From Thermodesulfobacteriota bacterium (GTDB lineage: Bacteria > Desulfobacterota > Desulfobacteria > Desulfobacterales > SURF-7), in contig JBMORA010000064.1 in the NCBI GenBank assembly GCA_049320885.1, forward strand, positions 64,001 to 128,000: a stretch of DNA of 64,000 nt, read 5' to 3'. Of this stretch, positions 29,656 to 39,909 are shown piece by piece; position 1 is the stretch's first letter, and each line of letters begins with the position of its first letter. The position numbers and the translations under genes are program-made. The notes below the pieces were generated by a model. It was not told the DNA's origin, made no database searches, and worked only from the letters and a program-made list of their open reading frames with translations.

Positions 29656-31719
29656 TCAATCCGTCGAATCCAGGGCGCGCCGAACGCTCAGCGCCAGATC
29701 GGCAATGGTGAAGGGTTTGACCATCAGTTCCCGGACGCCGAGTTCCGGGAGTTTTTCCGTCGGGATGGTTTCCGGGAAGCCGGAGCAGAGGATGACGGGA
29801 ATATCGGGCCGCACAAGGTGGACCCGTTTGATCAGTTCGATACCGGTTATCTTGGGCATGGAATGATCGGTGATGATGAGATCGAAGGAGCGGGGCGCTG
29901 CCAGAAAGAGTTCCAGCGCATCAAGGCTGCTTGTTTTTGCAAGGACATCGTAGCCAAGTTGTTCCAGGAGTTCCTTGCCGACATCCACCAGAAACTCCTC
30001 ATCATCGATGAACAGAATCCGTTCGTTCCCCACCGGCAGTTTTTCGGGTTTGGCCGAAGCGCCCTCTTCCATGACAGTGTCTGCCTGGGGGAAGAGGACG
30101 GTAAAGCATGTCCCCCTGCCCGGTTGGCTCTCAACCCCGATGGAGCCGCAAAGCTTTTTGATAATGTTGCGGGTCACGGACAACCCGAGGCCGGTGCCTT
30201 TACCGGGTCCCTTGGTCGTGAAATACGGATCGAAAATTTTATGGATATCCTCCGGCGGAATCCCCTGGCCTGTATCGGCGACCGTCAACCGCAGGTAGTT
30301 ACCCTCGTTCAATTCCTTCCGGGTGGCTTCCTCCCTGTCCAGACGGACTTCCTTCAGGGCGACCGTGAGGGCGCCGCCCTTCATTCTCATGGCGTAAGCC
30401 GCATTGGTGCAGAGGTTCATCAATACCTGATGAATCTGGGTCGGATCCGCCAGCACGGCATCCCGGGTCGCCGAAATGGACAACCGGATTTCGATATTGG
30501 CCGGGAGAGTGACTTTGAGCAGCTTCATCACCTCTTTGACAATGAATTTGATATGGACTTTTTTGCTTTCCTGGGGGGATTGGCGGCTGAAGGACAGGAT
30601 CTGGCCGATCAGGTCCCGGGCCCGGTTGCCGGCCATGATAACCTTTTCACAGTAGCCCCGCATTTTTTCATCCAGGGATGCACGGCCCATGGCCAGCTGG
30701 GTATATCCCATGATGGCCGAAAGGATATTGTTGAAATCGTGGGCGATCCCTCCGGTCAAGGTGGCGATGGCTTCCATCTTCTGGGCCTGAATCAGCTGTT
30801 TCTCCAGCTGCAGCTCCTGGGTGACATCCCGGTTGACCGAGACGAAACTGATGATGTTGTCATCCTTGTCCCGCACCGGCGATATCGACACTTCCAGTTC
30901 GCGGGGAGGGGCGGCTTCCCGGGGAGAGACCATGTGTCCTTTCCAGGTTCTACCGGCATTGATTTCCTGCCAGACGTTGCGGTAAAATGATTCGGGATAG
31001 CTTTTATTTTTTAGTATCTTATATGACCGCCCCTTGGCTTCCTGCTGGGAATAACCGGTCATGCGTTCGAACGCCGGATTCAAATACCGGATGGTGCCGT
31101 TTTTTTCAGTGATCAGAATACCGTCCGCTGCCTGTTCGATGGCGGTGGCCAGATATAGCCGTTCTTTTTCGGCCGCCTGCCTTTCGGTCATTTCGGTTTC
31201 CAATCGCTGGTTGGCTTCTTCCAGCGCCTTGGAGCGCTCGTTGAGTCTGGCGGTGCGCTGGAGAATTTGTTCTTCGAGATGTTCACGGTATTCCCGGTTC
31301 TCCACCAGCAGGCCGGCCTTTGTCAGAGCATTGGAGATGACATGTTCCAGAATCAGCATGTCATGGATCGGCTTGGTCACATAATCCCAGGCGCCTTTTC
31401 GCAGCGCATCTATGACTTCCTGGATTTCCCCTGTCCCGGATATGACGATGACCGGTGTTTCCGTTGTGCGTTTGGTCAACTCTTCAAGCACCTGAAAGCC
31501 ATTCATCCCCGGCATGCGCAGATCCAGCAGTACGATATCCGGTTTTTCCCGGTCGAACAATTCGAGCCCCCGGAGGCCATTCTCCGCCTGGATAACACGG
31601 AACCCGCAGTCTTCCAGATAGCTGCAGATACTTTTGCGAATGACGGGATCATCGTCTATGGAAAGAATCAGCCGGTTATCGAATTCCGGTGGATGTGTTC
31701 CGAACCAAAAATTCTTCAT
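29656..31719 (-). CDS. Hybrid response regulator/histidine kinase (REC-PAS-HisKA-HATPase-REC)
   Basis: IDDD..DLRMP..KP, PAS (NPAFERMTGY), AHDFNNIL, NLCTNA, DTGQG, GTGLGL, C-terminal IDDE..DHSMP..KP. Confidence 0.92.
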   Translation of the reverse strand: MKNFWFGTHPPEFDNRLILSIDDDPVIRKSICSYLEDCGFRVIQAENGLRGLELFDREKPDIVLLDLRMPGMNGFQVLEELTKRTTETPVIVISGTGEIQEVIDALRKGAWDYVTKPIHDMLILEHVISNALTKAGLLVENREYREHLEEQILQRTARLNERSKALEEANQRLETEMTERQAAEKERLYLATAIEQAADGILITEKNGTIRYLNPAFERMTGYSQQEAKGRSYKILKNKSYPESFYRNVWQEINAGRTWKGHMVSPREAAPPRELEVSISPVRDKDDNIISFVSVNRDVTQELQLEKQLIQAQKMEAIATLTGGIAHDFNNILSAIMGYTQLAMGRASLDEKMRGYCEKVIMAGNRARDLIGQILSFSRQSPQESKKVHIKFIVKEVMKLLKVTLPANIEIRLSISATRDAVLADPTQIHQVLMNLCTNAAYAMRMKGGALTVALKEVRLDREEATRKELNEGNYLRLTVADTGQGIPPEDIHKIFDPYFTTKGPGKGTGLGLSVTRNIIKKLCGSIGVESQPGRGTCFTVLFPQADTVMEEGASAKPEKLPVGNERILFIDDEEFLVDVGKELLEQLGYDVLAKTSSLDALELFLAAPRSFDLIITDHSMPKITGIELIKRVHLVRPDIPVILCSGFPETIPTEKLPELGVRELMVKPFTIADLALSVRRALDSTD

Positions 31720-31736
31720 CAATAGTCCATCCCGGT

Positions 31737-32135
31737 TCACCGTTCCGGCAGCTGAGGAGTTTCGATCAACTCCTTGACGGCTTGGATCAGCAGGCGCATA
31801 TCTTTCAGGGGCTTTGTAAAAACATGTCGGGACGTCAGGCCGATGGCGGTCAGGGTTTCGGGCAATACATAATCCGCTGATCCGGTATGCACAATGAATT
31901 TCATTGCCGGACAAATCTCATGAGCTCTCAGGATGAATCCGTTGCCGTCCATGCCGGGCAACCGGATGTCGATCACGCCTGCATGAAAGGGTTCGGTGGC
32001 GATCAGCTGCAATCCGGTTTCCGCCGAGATGGCGGAACGCACAATGAAATTTTCATCTTCGAAGAACGCCACCAGATTCACCCGAATGATGTCGTCGTCA
32101 TCGAGAATCAAGACTCTCGGCCAGTCCGCGATCAT
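31737..32135 (-). CDS. Single-domain response regulator
   Basis: ILDDDD, DIRLPGMDG, HTGS, TKP. ATGA overlap with the upstream kinase. Confidence 0.9.
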   Translation of the reverse strand: MIADWPRVLILDDDDIIRVNLVAFFEDENFIVRSAISAETGLQLIATEPFHAGVIDIRLPGMDGNGFILRAHEICPAMKFIVHTGSADYVLPETLTAIGLTSRHVFTKPLKDMRLLIQAVKELIETPQLPER

Positions 32136-34753
32136 GATGAACTCCCGTTTACTGGAAGGGTAATACTGAATTTGGTGCCGATGGATGGCGTTGATGTCAC
32201 CGTCATGGTTCCGCGGTGGTTGTTGTTGATGATAAAATAGGCAACCGACAGCCCCAGGCCGGTTCCGACCCCCACTTCCTTGGTGGTGAAAAAAGGTTCG
32301 AACACCCGCTTGCGGATATTTTCATCCATGCCGGGGCCATTGTCTTCCACTTCGATCACCGCCGATTTGCCTTCCAGCCGAAGTCGCAGGATGATTTGCG
32401 GCTCCTTGCGGGGGTCGTCCTTTTCCATCATCGCCTGGGCGGCATTTTTCAGCAAGTTTAAAATCACCTGCTCGATTTCCGTCGGTATGCATGGCACTTC
32501 GGGTAAATTGCTTGAAAATTCCCGAATGATCCGGATATGTCTGAAATCATATCTTTTCTTTAGATCATAATCATGGGCCGCCAGGGCCAGGGTATTGTCC
32601 AGCAACGCATCCAGGCGAGTGGGCATGAATTGGGAATGACTCTGCCGGCTGAAATTGAGCATGTTGGCGATGATATTGGCGGCCCGCTGCCCGGCATCGC
32701 GGATACCCTCCAAAAACGAAAAAATTTCTCTCTTTTCCAAATACATGCGGATAAATTGCAGTTCCGTGCCACATTCCCGGGCCGCCTGAACATTTTTCTG
32801 AAAATCCGTCGACACCCGGCGATTGATATTCTGGACACTCTGCAATATCCCGCCGATGGGGTTGTTGATTTCATGTGCCATGCCTGCCGCCAGCCCGCCC
32901 ACGGATATCATCTTTTCCGTCTGAATCATCATTTCTTCAATCCGGACACGGTTGGTGACATCGTCGATCCGCAGCACAGCCCCCTCTACGCCGTTGGTGA
33001 TCAGCGGATATACCATGACGTCGGAATAATGGGTTTCCCCTTCCACCCAGCTCATCAATTTTTCGGCTTTGTAGGGTTTTTTTTCCCTCATGGTTTTGTA
33101 CACTTCTTCCAGCTGGGTGATCAAGCCCGGATACACAACGTTCAAATGTTTTCCCTTGGCCTGTCCGGCGGGAATTCCCGTGGCCCGCTCCGCCTCCACG
33201 TTCCATTCCGTGACGTTCCCCCCCTGATCCACGCCCACCAGCATGGAGGGCATGGAATTGATGATATTGTTCAGATAATTTTTCGTTTTATTCAGATCGC
33301 TTTCCTTAGCGCGCAGATCGACGACACTGGTCCGCAGATGTCGATTGACGTCTTCCAGTTCAATGGATTTCCGGCCGATTTCCGCACTCATTTGGTTGAA
33401 GGCCGAAGAGAGCGCGCCCAACTCGTCATCCGGGGAATGGATATGGACTTTGTAAGTCATATCGCCTTCGGCAATGGACCTTACGCCATTCATCAGGCTC
33501 TGGAGCGGAATCTTCACCACGCGGTGGATCCCGATGTAAATAAGCAGGACGGTGACCAGCACGGCGAAACCCGTCACCATGCCGATCTGAAAGAAAAGAG
33601 TGCGGGTCAATCCGGTCAGTTCGGATATCGGACTCATGGTGACAACCTGTAAATCAGGTCGATCTTCCTCCATCAGCCGAACCGGTTCGGCGCAGTAATA
33701 ATAATCCTTACCTTCCAGCACCAGGTTTTTTTCCCCAGACAATGGCCTACGGCCTTCGATGAGATTCGTGCTGGCGATCAACAATCTGTTTTTCCAAGCG
33801 AGACCGACGTCCACGCCGAGATCGTTCTTCAGCGATTTCATCACCTCGGCATCCAGGATTTTTTCCACAACCACCAGGGCGCAAGGAGCTGTTTGATCCA
33901 TGAAGGTCTCCGGATTTGACACCAGTACGCTCACCGGGAACCAGGTCCGGATGACCGGCAGCCCTTCTTTTAAGATGATTTTGGAACGCGGCGGGTCATG
34001 GGGCGACCAGGAATCCGTCCGAAGGATCGATTCCGGGACATTGTCAACCGCCGTAAACCGGTTATCCTCATAGAATTTTTCCGGGGGCAGGGCATAGACC
34101 GAACTGATATCAAAATAATCCGGACCCGGGAAAACCAGTTTTTCAAGGGCAATGCGGTAGAATCGGGGCGGGGCTGTGCGTCCCTTGTGATGAAACCGGG
34201 TCACCACCAAGGCCTCGCGGTCCAGATGAATCGTCAAGGCCGGACTGGCGTCGGGGACCATATTGAATGGAGAAACCAGGAAGATACGGATGCTGTTCAA
34301 TGCGTTGACGGTCTGCAGGGAAAGAAGCTGTTTGGAAATCTCCATTTGGGCCTGGAAGGCATAAATGACTTCCGAATCTTCGATGGCCCTGCCCAGCAGG
34401 GATGCATCGGTTGAATAATAGGGACTGTAACTGGTCAACCGCTGCAACTGCTGGACGATGATATAATTGGTTTCCATGCTTTGGACCACCTGGATGGATT
34501 GGGAATTGATTTTGACGATCCGGGCGGCGAGCAGGCTGGCCATGCGTTTCAGGTTGTTGTTGGTGACCAGGGAAAGGTTGTTGAAACTGGTGGCGCCGAC
34601 CACCAGCGAGAGCAGGATCGCATAACAGATAAAGATCAGCAGCACCATGAGCAGGATTTTATTGCCGACTCCCAGACGATTCAGCGGTAAGGGGAAATAC
34701 TTGGGAATGATGGTTTGATCGCTCATACCGTCCATCCATTGGCGGCGGGCCAT
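32132..34753 (-). CDS. Membrane sensor histidine kinase (periplasmic domain, HAMP, PAS)
   Basis: Two TM helices, HAMP (PLQSL..DELGALSSAFNQM), PAS (WNVEAERATG), AHEINNP, NLLKNA, DNGPG, GTGLGL. Confidence 0.92.
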   Translation of the reverse strand: MARRQWMDGMSDQTIIPKYFPLPLNRLGVGNKILLMVLLIFICYAILLSLVVGATSFNNLSLVTNNNLKRMASLLAARIVKINSQSIQVVQSMETNYIIVQQLQRLTSYSPYYSTDASLLGRAIEDSEVIYAFQAQMEISKQLLSLQTVNALNSIRIFLVSPFNMVPDASPALTIHLDREALVVTRFHHKGRTAPPRFYRIALEKLVFPGPDYFDISSVYALPPEKFYEDNRFTAVDNVPESILRTDSWSPHDPPRSKIILKEGLPVIRTWFPVSVLVSNPETFMDQTAPCALVVVEKILDAEVMKSLKNDLGVDVGLAWKNRLLIASTNLIEGRRPLSGEKNLVLEGKDYYYCAEPVRLMEEDRPDLQVVTMSPISELTGLTRTLFFQIGMVTGFAVLVTVLLIYIGIHRVVKIPLQSLMNGVRSIAEGDMTYKVHIHSPDDELGALSSAFNQMSAEIGRKSIELEDVNRHLRTSVVDLRAKESDLNKTKNYLNNIINSMPSMLVGVDQGGNVTEWNVEAERATGIPAGQAKGKHLNVVYPGLITQLEEVYKTMREKKPYKAEKLMSWVEGETHYSDVMVYPLITNGVEGAVLRIDDVTNRVRIEEMMIQTEKMISVGGLAAGMAHEINNPIGGILQSVQNINRRVSTDFQKNVQAARECGTELQFIRMYLEKREIFSFLEGIRDAGQRAANIIANMLNFSRQSHSQFMPTRLDALLDNTLALAAHDYDLKKRYDFRHIRIIREFSSNLPEVPCIPTEIEQVILNLLKNAAQAMMEKDDPRKEPQIILRLRLEGKSAVIEVEDNGPGMDENIRKRVFEPFFTTKEVGVGTGLGLSVAYFIINNNHRGTMTVTSTPSIGTKFSITLPVNGSSS

Positions 34754-34868
34754 CGCCCGTCCTCATGTCTCAGCCGCGTTTGAAGCTCCTGAATCCGGAC
34801 ATCGGCGATATCCGCAGGCGTGTTCAGCGGCCGTATCCGCCCATAACCGGCATCCACCGGATACTGTT

Positions 34869-36614
34869 TTACCGGGAGCGCCATTGTTTGATCAATTCGT
34901 CATAGTCGACGGTTTTCGGTTTGGATTTGGGGCGCGGCGGCTTGGGGGCGCCGGGCTGGTTCAGCCAGTATTCTTCGCTTTTCACCGGATTGAGTTTGGG
35001 CGAATATCTGGCCAGACGCATTTTATCCATGATTCTGTCCTGGCTTTCGGCAATGGTGTTCATGGCTTCCTGGGGTGTCAATTCGCCACTGATGGCCTTG
35101 GCGATATTGGGCCACCAGACAGCGGAAAGAGCCGGATAATGGGGAACATTGAGCCCCGTTCCCGTCCACTTCTTTTCTTCCGGCGATCGATAAAAATCAA
35201 TCAGGCCGCCCCATTTGTCCTTGATCGGATCCAAATGCGTTGAAAAAACCGTCGATTTGCGCACCGGCGTGCCGCCCACCAGGAATTTTTTCAGCGAAAC
35301 CGTTTTGGAAACGCAGAACTGGGCCCACAGCCACGCCATGGCCCTGCGTTGCCCCTGGACATTTTTGGGGATGGTCCAACTGCCGGCGTCCTGGTAGCCC
35401 ACCTTCATGCCCTCATCCCAGTACCTTCCATGGGGCGTCGGCGCCACCCGCCACAGGGGACGGCCCGCTGCATCCACCACCGGGCTTCCGGGACGATGGA
35501 AGTCCTCATGGGACAGCCAGGTGATGTATTGGAAAACAACTTGAGCGATGTCGCCTCGGGCGGCTTTGGGTCCCGCATCCACCCATAACCAGTTTTTGGC
35601 TTCCGGCGGAGCATATTTGTTCAGCCAGAGGATATATTTTTCCAATGCATAGACCGCCGCCGGTCCGTTCAACTCTCCTCCCCGGGACACCGAAGAGCCC
35701 ACCGGTATCCTATTTTCCACCCGGATACCCCATTCATCCACCGGCAAACCATTGGGCAGCCCCTTGTCGCCCACCCCGGCAATGGAAAGCCAGGCATCGG
35801 TGAAGCGCCAGCCAAGGGATGGGGATTTTTTCCCATAGTCCAGGTGACCGTAAACCTTTTTTCCGTCGATCTCCAATCCCGTGAAAAACTCGGCGATATC
35901 CTCATAGGCCGCCCAATTCACCGGCACGCCCAGATCATATCCGTAGCGATTCCTGAACTGCCGTCGAATATCCTCGCGGGTAAACCAGTCATACCGGAAC
36001 CAATAGAGATTCGCAAACTGCTGATCCGGCAGTTGCAGTTGATTGCCGTCATAGTCCTGGCCGAATTCGAGGTTCAGAAAATCGTCCAAATCCAAGTAAG
36101 GATTGGTATAGGGTCTGCCTTCACCCTGCATATATTCCGTCAGATTCAAGATCGCCTGACTACGTAAATGGGTTCCCACCAGGTCGGCATCATTGACATA
36201 AATGTCATAGATGACGCGCCCGGTCTTGATCTGTTCCATGATGCGCTGAACCAGCGATCCCTCGCCGATAATATCATGGATGACGCGGATACCGGTAATT
36301 TCCTCGAATGCCCTGGCAAGTACATCCCTTTCCCAGAAATGGGTTTTAATATCTTCCGCCGTGGAACGGATCACTTTGCCCCGGAAGGGTTCCGCCGCCC
36401 TGGAAAACCAAAGCAGTTCTTCCTGTTGGGCTTTTTGGGAAAGGGCCGACGGCTGGAATTCGTCCACCCATTTCCGAATACGGTTATCCATGGAGGATTC
36501 GTCAGATGAAGCGACATCCGTGAAGAGCGCCATCAGACAGAAAGACAACGAATAGAAAATGAAGGCACTGGAAGCCTGGGATAGACGGTCAGATCTCATC
36601 ATCCCTCCCGCCAT
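34869..36614 (-). CDS. Extracellular solute-binding protein (glycerol ABC transporter GlpV-like family); no permease nearby
   Basis: Signal peptide, EFQPSALS, QLPDQQFANLYWFRYDWF, YGHLDYGKK.PSLGWRFTDAWLS, GYQDAGSWT. Confidence 0.8.
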   Translation of the reverse strand: MAGGMMRSDRLSQASSAFIFYSLSFCLMALFTDVASSDESSMDNRIRKWVDEFQPSALSQKAQQEELLWFSRAAEPFRGKVIRSTAEDIKTHFWERDVLARAFEEITGIRVIHDIIGEGSLVQRIMEQIKTGRVIYDIYVNDADLVGTHLRSQAILNLTEYMQGEGRPYTNPYLDLDDFLNLEFGQDYDGNQLQLPDQQFANLYWFRYDWFTREDIRRQFRNRYGYDLGVPVNWAAYEDIAEFFTGLEIDGKKVYGHLDYGKKSPSLGWRFTDAWLSIAGVGDKGLPNGLPVDEWGIRVENRIPVGSSVSRGGELNGPAAVYALEKYILWLNKYAPPEAKNWLWVDAGPKAARGDIAQVVFQYITWLSHEDFHRPGSPVVDAAGRPLWRVAPTPHGRYWDEGMKVGYQDAGSWTIPKNVQGQRRAMAWLWAQFCVSKTVSLKKFLVGGTPVRKSTVFSTHLDPIKDKWGGLIDFYRSPEEKKWTGTGLNVPHYPALSAVWWPNIAKAISGELTPQEAMNTIAESQDRIMDKMRLARYSPKLNPVKSEEYWLNQPGAPKPPRPKSKPKTVDYDELIKQWRSR

Positions 36615-36888
36615 GACAGGAAAAAAGGGGCCGATATGGAAGAATAACAGGACTTAGATAGAAATATCGTCAATATTTAGCATGTTAACAGAAACCTAGG
36701 GGAATTGCAACCCAAAGAATGGGGTCAGCCGGGGAAGCCGACACCATGAAGGTCGCTGCCGAATCCAGCAGGAGAAGGGGCGGGCGGCAAGAGAGGTGGC
36801 CGGGAGCGGAACCCATTTCCGCGGGCCACACCGGCCCGGATGCATCCTGCCCCTGCCGCTCTGATACAATACCTCGGCGGTGATGTAT

Positions 36889-37179
36889 TCAGTCTATCTG
36901 GATGCGGCTGTTGGTCGTGCCGAACGCATTTTCGCAGCAATCGTCATTTGCCGGATCGTTCTTCCACTGGCCGTCCACCAGAAATTTGTATTCATAAAGC
37001 CCCGGCATCAGCATCACGGTTTTTTTCCATAAACCGCTACTGTCTTTTTTCATGGCATGGGCGGTTTCATTCCACTGGTTGAAATCTCCCACCAGATATA
37101 CTTCGTTGGCATCCTGGGCCTGATAGACAAAATTGACTCGGCGTTTTGGTTCCGGGTTGTTTTTGGTTTTCGCTGCCAT
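36889..37179 (-). CDS. Stand-alone CBM48 / AMPK-beta-like glycogen-binding domain protein
   Basis: VYLVGDFNQW..W....L.PG.YEYKFLVDGQW..DP..NAFG..NS. ATG 37179 has GGAGG upstream. Confidence 0.88.
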   Translation of the reverse strand: MAAKTKNNPEPKRRVNFVYQAQDANEVYLVGDFNQWNETAHAMKKDSSGLWKKTVMLMPGLYEYKFLVDGQWKNDPANDDCCENAFGTTNSRIQID

Positions 37180-37309
37180 GTTGTCCCTCCTGTCGCAAAT
37201 CAATCGAGCCGATCCGATATATCGTCCCGGCATTCCGGCAACCTTCTCCCCAACGGGAGGAGGAATCCATGAACCCTCCACCTGACCGGTGCTTCATCGA
37301 TGAAAGCCA

Positions 37310-37325
37310 AGCAAATTGGGTGCCA
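37310..37325 (-). promoter_or_regulatory. Sigma54 (-24/-12) promoter upstream of the CBM48 gene
   Basis: Minus strand TGGCACCCAATTTGCT: GG and GC separated by exactly 10 nt. Confidence 0.65.
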
Positions 37326-37768
37326 GTTTAAAAGATCGTTTGGTGGAAAAAAGAAACCGCAAACGAGGTTCGTGCATTCTGGTTGACCGGTCAGGAAATA
37401 CCAACGCTGCCGCTTGTTTTTACCTCATCCGCGGCATCAATGCACATGCGTGTCGTTGTATATGCCTGTCGCTTTTTTTTACGACTTGTAAAAAATGAAT
37501 GGTGCTGAAGATGGTCCCTTCATAGGGCTTGGATGCGTTTTTGTCAAGGATAATCGCTTCATGGGCGGGAATGCCGGATGCATGTCCGTTGAAAAATGAA
37601 GTGCCCGATGGAAACCGGCCGGCGAAATCAGAAGGACGCATGCGCAATCGGAATTGTGCCCGGCAGCGCCGCATGGTATAAAAAGAAAAGTCCGGCCCGA
37701 AAAACCGGCCGGATATCCGGCAGCGGCGACTCTTTCTTGATCGTGACCCAAGGTGAAAGGAGAAGGCT

Positions 37769-38890
37769 GTGGATTCCATCATTCCCGATTACATTCCACC
37801 TGATTTTTCCATTCCGTCCCTTTCCAGGGCGCCAGCCGTTCGCGTATCCCCGGCCCCCATGGATGGCGTGGCGCCGGATAATTATCATGGAACGTCCAAC
37901 CATCCCGAATATGTTCATCTGGGGCAAGGAAAATGGATGCTGGCCCGGGAAAACCGCATGGACTGCACCATGGTGCTCCGGGGCGAGCGGATTGAAGTGA
38001 TGGAAGCCCGGCGGTTGAAAAAAGGGGATCCGGTGGTGATCGGCAGAAGTGAAAACGGCGAGGAGGGCATCCTGGTATATACTGCCGGTTTCGACCCATC
38101 CGGCGGTTCCGTTGACGATAAATTCTCCTTTCGCACCCGCGGCACAAGGGAAACCCCGTTCTCCAGAAGCTATGACCAATTATATGAAATTCTCCGTCAT
38201 GATCGCCGCAAGGGGTTTATCGTCTGGGTGCTCGGCCCGGCGGTGGCCTTTGACAAGGACAGCCGTGACGCCATGCAGGCGATGATCGAGAACGGCTACT
38301 GCCATGCCTTGCTGGCCGGCAATGCCCTGGCCACCCACGACCTGGAAGCCGCCTGTTTCAACACCGGTCTGGGCCAGAATATTTATACCCAGGCCCTGCA
38401 ACCGCTGGGTCATTACAACCATCTCGATATTCTGAACATGATCAGGCGGGCCGGCTCGATCCGGAAGGCCCTGGACATCCTGAAATTGGAGAACGGCATC
38501 ATCCATGCCTGCGAAAAATACGGGATCCCCTATGTGCTGGCAGGCTCCATCCGGGATGACGGGCCTTTGCCGGAAGTCATCGCCGATGTCTACAAGGCCC
38601 AGGATCAGATGCGGCAGTATGCCCGCAAGGCGACCACGGTCATCACCCTGGCAACCCAGCTTCATTCCATCGCCTTCGGCAACATGACTCCCAGCTATCA
38701 TGTCCGGGAGGACGGTTCCGTCCGCCCGGTTTTCTTTTATATCGTCGATATGACGGAATTCAGCGCTGACAAGTTGGCCAATCGCGGATCGGCCCAGGCC
38801 GTGCCGATCCTCACCAATGTCCAGGATTTCATGATCAACCTGTGGAACAACCTGGCCAAAGCCGGCAGAAAGCAGGGGGACCATGCGTAA
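37769..38890 (+). CDS. LOR/SDH-like (TIGR00300 / AgrE-ArgZ C-terminal type) protein, probable ornithine cyclodeaminase
   Basis: DGVAP..YH.TS, RMD, WVLGPA, LAGNALATHD, YVLAGSIRDDGPLP, LHSIAFGNM, KLANRGS. Overlaps the arginase start. Confidence 0.75.
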   Translation: MDSIIPDYIPPDFSIPSLSRAPAVRVSPAPMDGVAPDNYHGTSNHPEYVHLGQGKWMLARENRMDCTMVLRGERIEVMEARRLKKGDPVVIGRSENGEEGILVYTAGFDPSGGSVDDKFSFRTRGTRETPFSRSYDQLYEILRHDRRKGFIVWVLGPAVAFDKDSRDAMQAMIENGYCHALLAGNALATHDLEAACFNTGLGQNIYTQALQPLGHYNHLDILNMIRRAGSIRKALDILKLENGIIHACEKYGIPYVLAGSIRDDGPLPEVIADVYKAQDQMRQYARKATTVITLATQLHSIAFGNMTPSYHVREDGSVRPVFFYIVDMTEFSADKLANRGSAQAVPILTNVQDFMINLWNNLAKAGRKQGDHA

Positions 38891-39764
38891 ATGCATTCGG
38901 ATTATCGGCGTTCCCATGGATCTGGGCCAGGCGCAGCGGGGGGTGGATGTGGGGCCGAGCGCCATCCGCTATGCCGGATTGGCGCACCGGTTGGGTCATC
39001 TGGGGTATGAGATCAGCGATGCCGGAAATATCGAGGTGCCGGTGCGCAACGCCCTGCAGCACGACCACCTGGTGCCGGCGATCCACCAGGCCTGCGAGGC
39101 GGCCTACAGCGCTGGCCGAATCGCCGTGGAGGCAGGTTGCCATCCGGTTTTTCTAGGGGGCGACCATGCCATCTCCATCGGAACCGTCGGGGGGGTCACC
39201 CATGGGGAGAAGGCGGGCGTCATCTGGATCGACGCCCATGGCGATTTCAATACCGCGGAAACCTCTTCAACCGGCAATATCCATGGCATGGCCCTGGCGC
39301 ATCTGACGGGTCGGGGCCTGAAGAAACTGGTGGACGTCGGCCGTCCGGGTCCGAAAGTGAGCGACAAGGATATCGCCCTCATCGGTGTCCGCGATCTCGA
39401 TGAAAAGGAACGGGAGATACTCAAGGGCAGCGGGATCCACATTTTCACCATGCGCGATATCGATGAACAGGGGATCAGCCGCATTGCCCACGAGGCGTTG
39501 AAAAGGCTCAAACACCGGAAGCGTATCCATGTCAGCCTGGACATGGACAGCCTGGATCCCATGGAAGCCACCGGTGTCGGCACGCCCGTCCCCGGCGGCC
39601 TGACTTACCGGGAGGCCCATCTGCTCATGGAAATCATCGCCGATTCCCGGCGTCTCTGTTCCCTGGACATCGTGGAGATCAATCCCATCATCGACAGCCG
39701 CAACAAGACGGCCAAAATCGCCGTGGATCTGGCGGTATCCTTGTTCGGCAAAAGCATTCTATAG
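38883..39764 (+). CDS. rocF: Arginase
   Basis: GVPMDLG..RGVDVGPSAIR, LGGDH, WIDAHGDFN...SGN-like TGNIHGM, SLDMDSLDP..GVGTPVPGG, EINP. Confidence 0.92.
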   Translation: MRKCIRIIGVPMDLGQAQRGVDVGPSAIRYAGLAHRLGHLGYEISDAGNIEVPVRNALQHDHLVPAIHQACEAAYSAGRIAVEAGCHPVFLGGDHAISIGTVGGVTHGEKAGVIWIDAHGDFNTAETSSTGNIHGMALAHLTGRGLKKLVDVGRPGPKVSDKDIALIGVRDLDEKEREILKGSGIHIFTMRDIDEQGISRIAHEALKRLKHRKRIHVSLDMDSLDPMEATGVGTPVPGGLTYREAHLLMEIIADSRRLCSLDIVEINPIIDSRNKTAKIAVDLAVSLFGKSIL

Positions 39765-39909
39765 CTTGGTGCCGGTTGCATCAATCGACCCGGAAATAAC
39801 GGAAAAACTGGATGCCATTGTCGTAACCGCGGAAAGAGCCAAACCCAGGGTGACCTGACGTAAGGGTTCCTGGTAAGGGTGCCGCAGCCGGTTCTTCCTG
39901 TCGGACCGT

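Noticed and set aside
37490..37765. Possible riboswitch upstream of the ornithine/arginase operon
   Set aside because: Only a short hairpin (CCGGCC..GGCCGG) is present, with no guanidine or other aptamer consensus that I can recognise.
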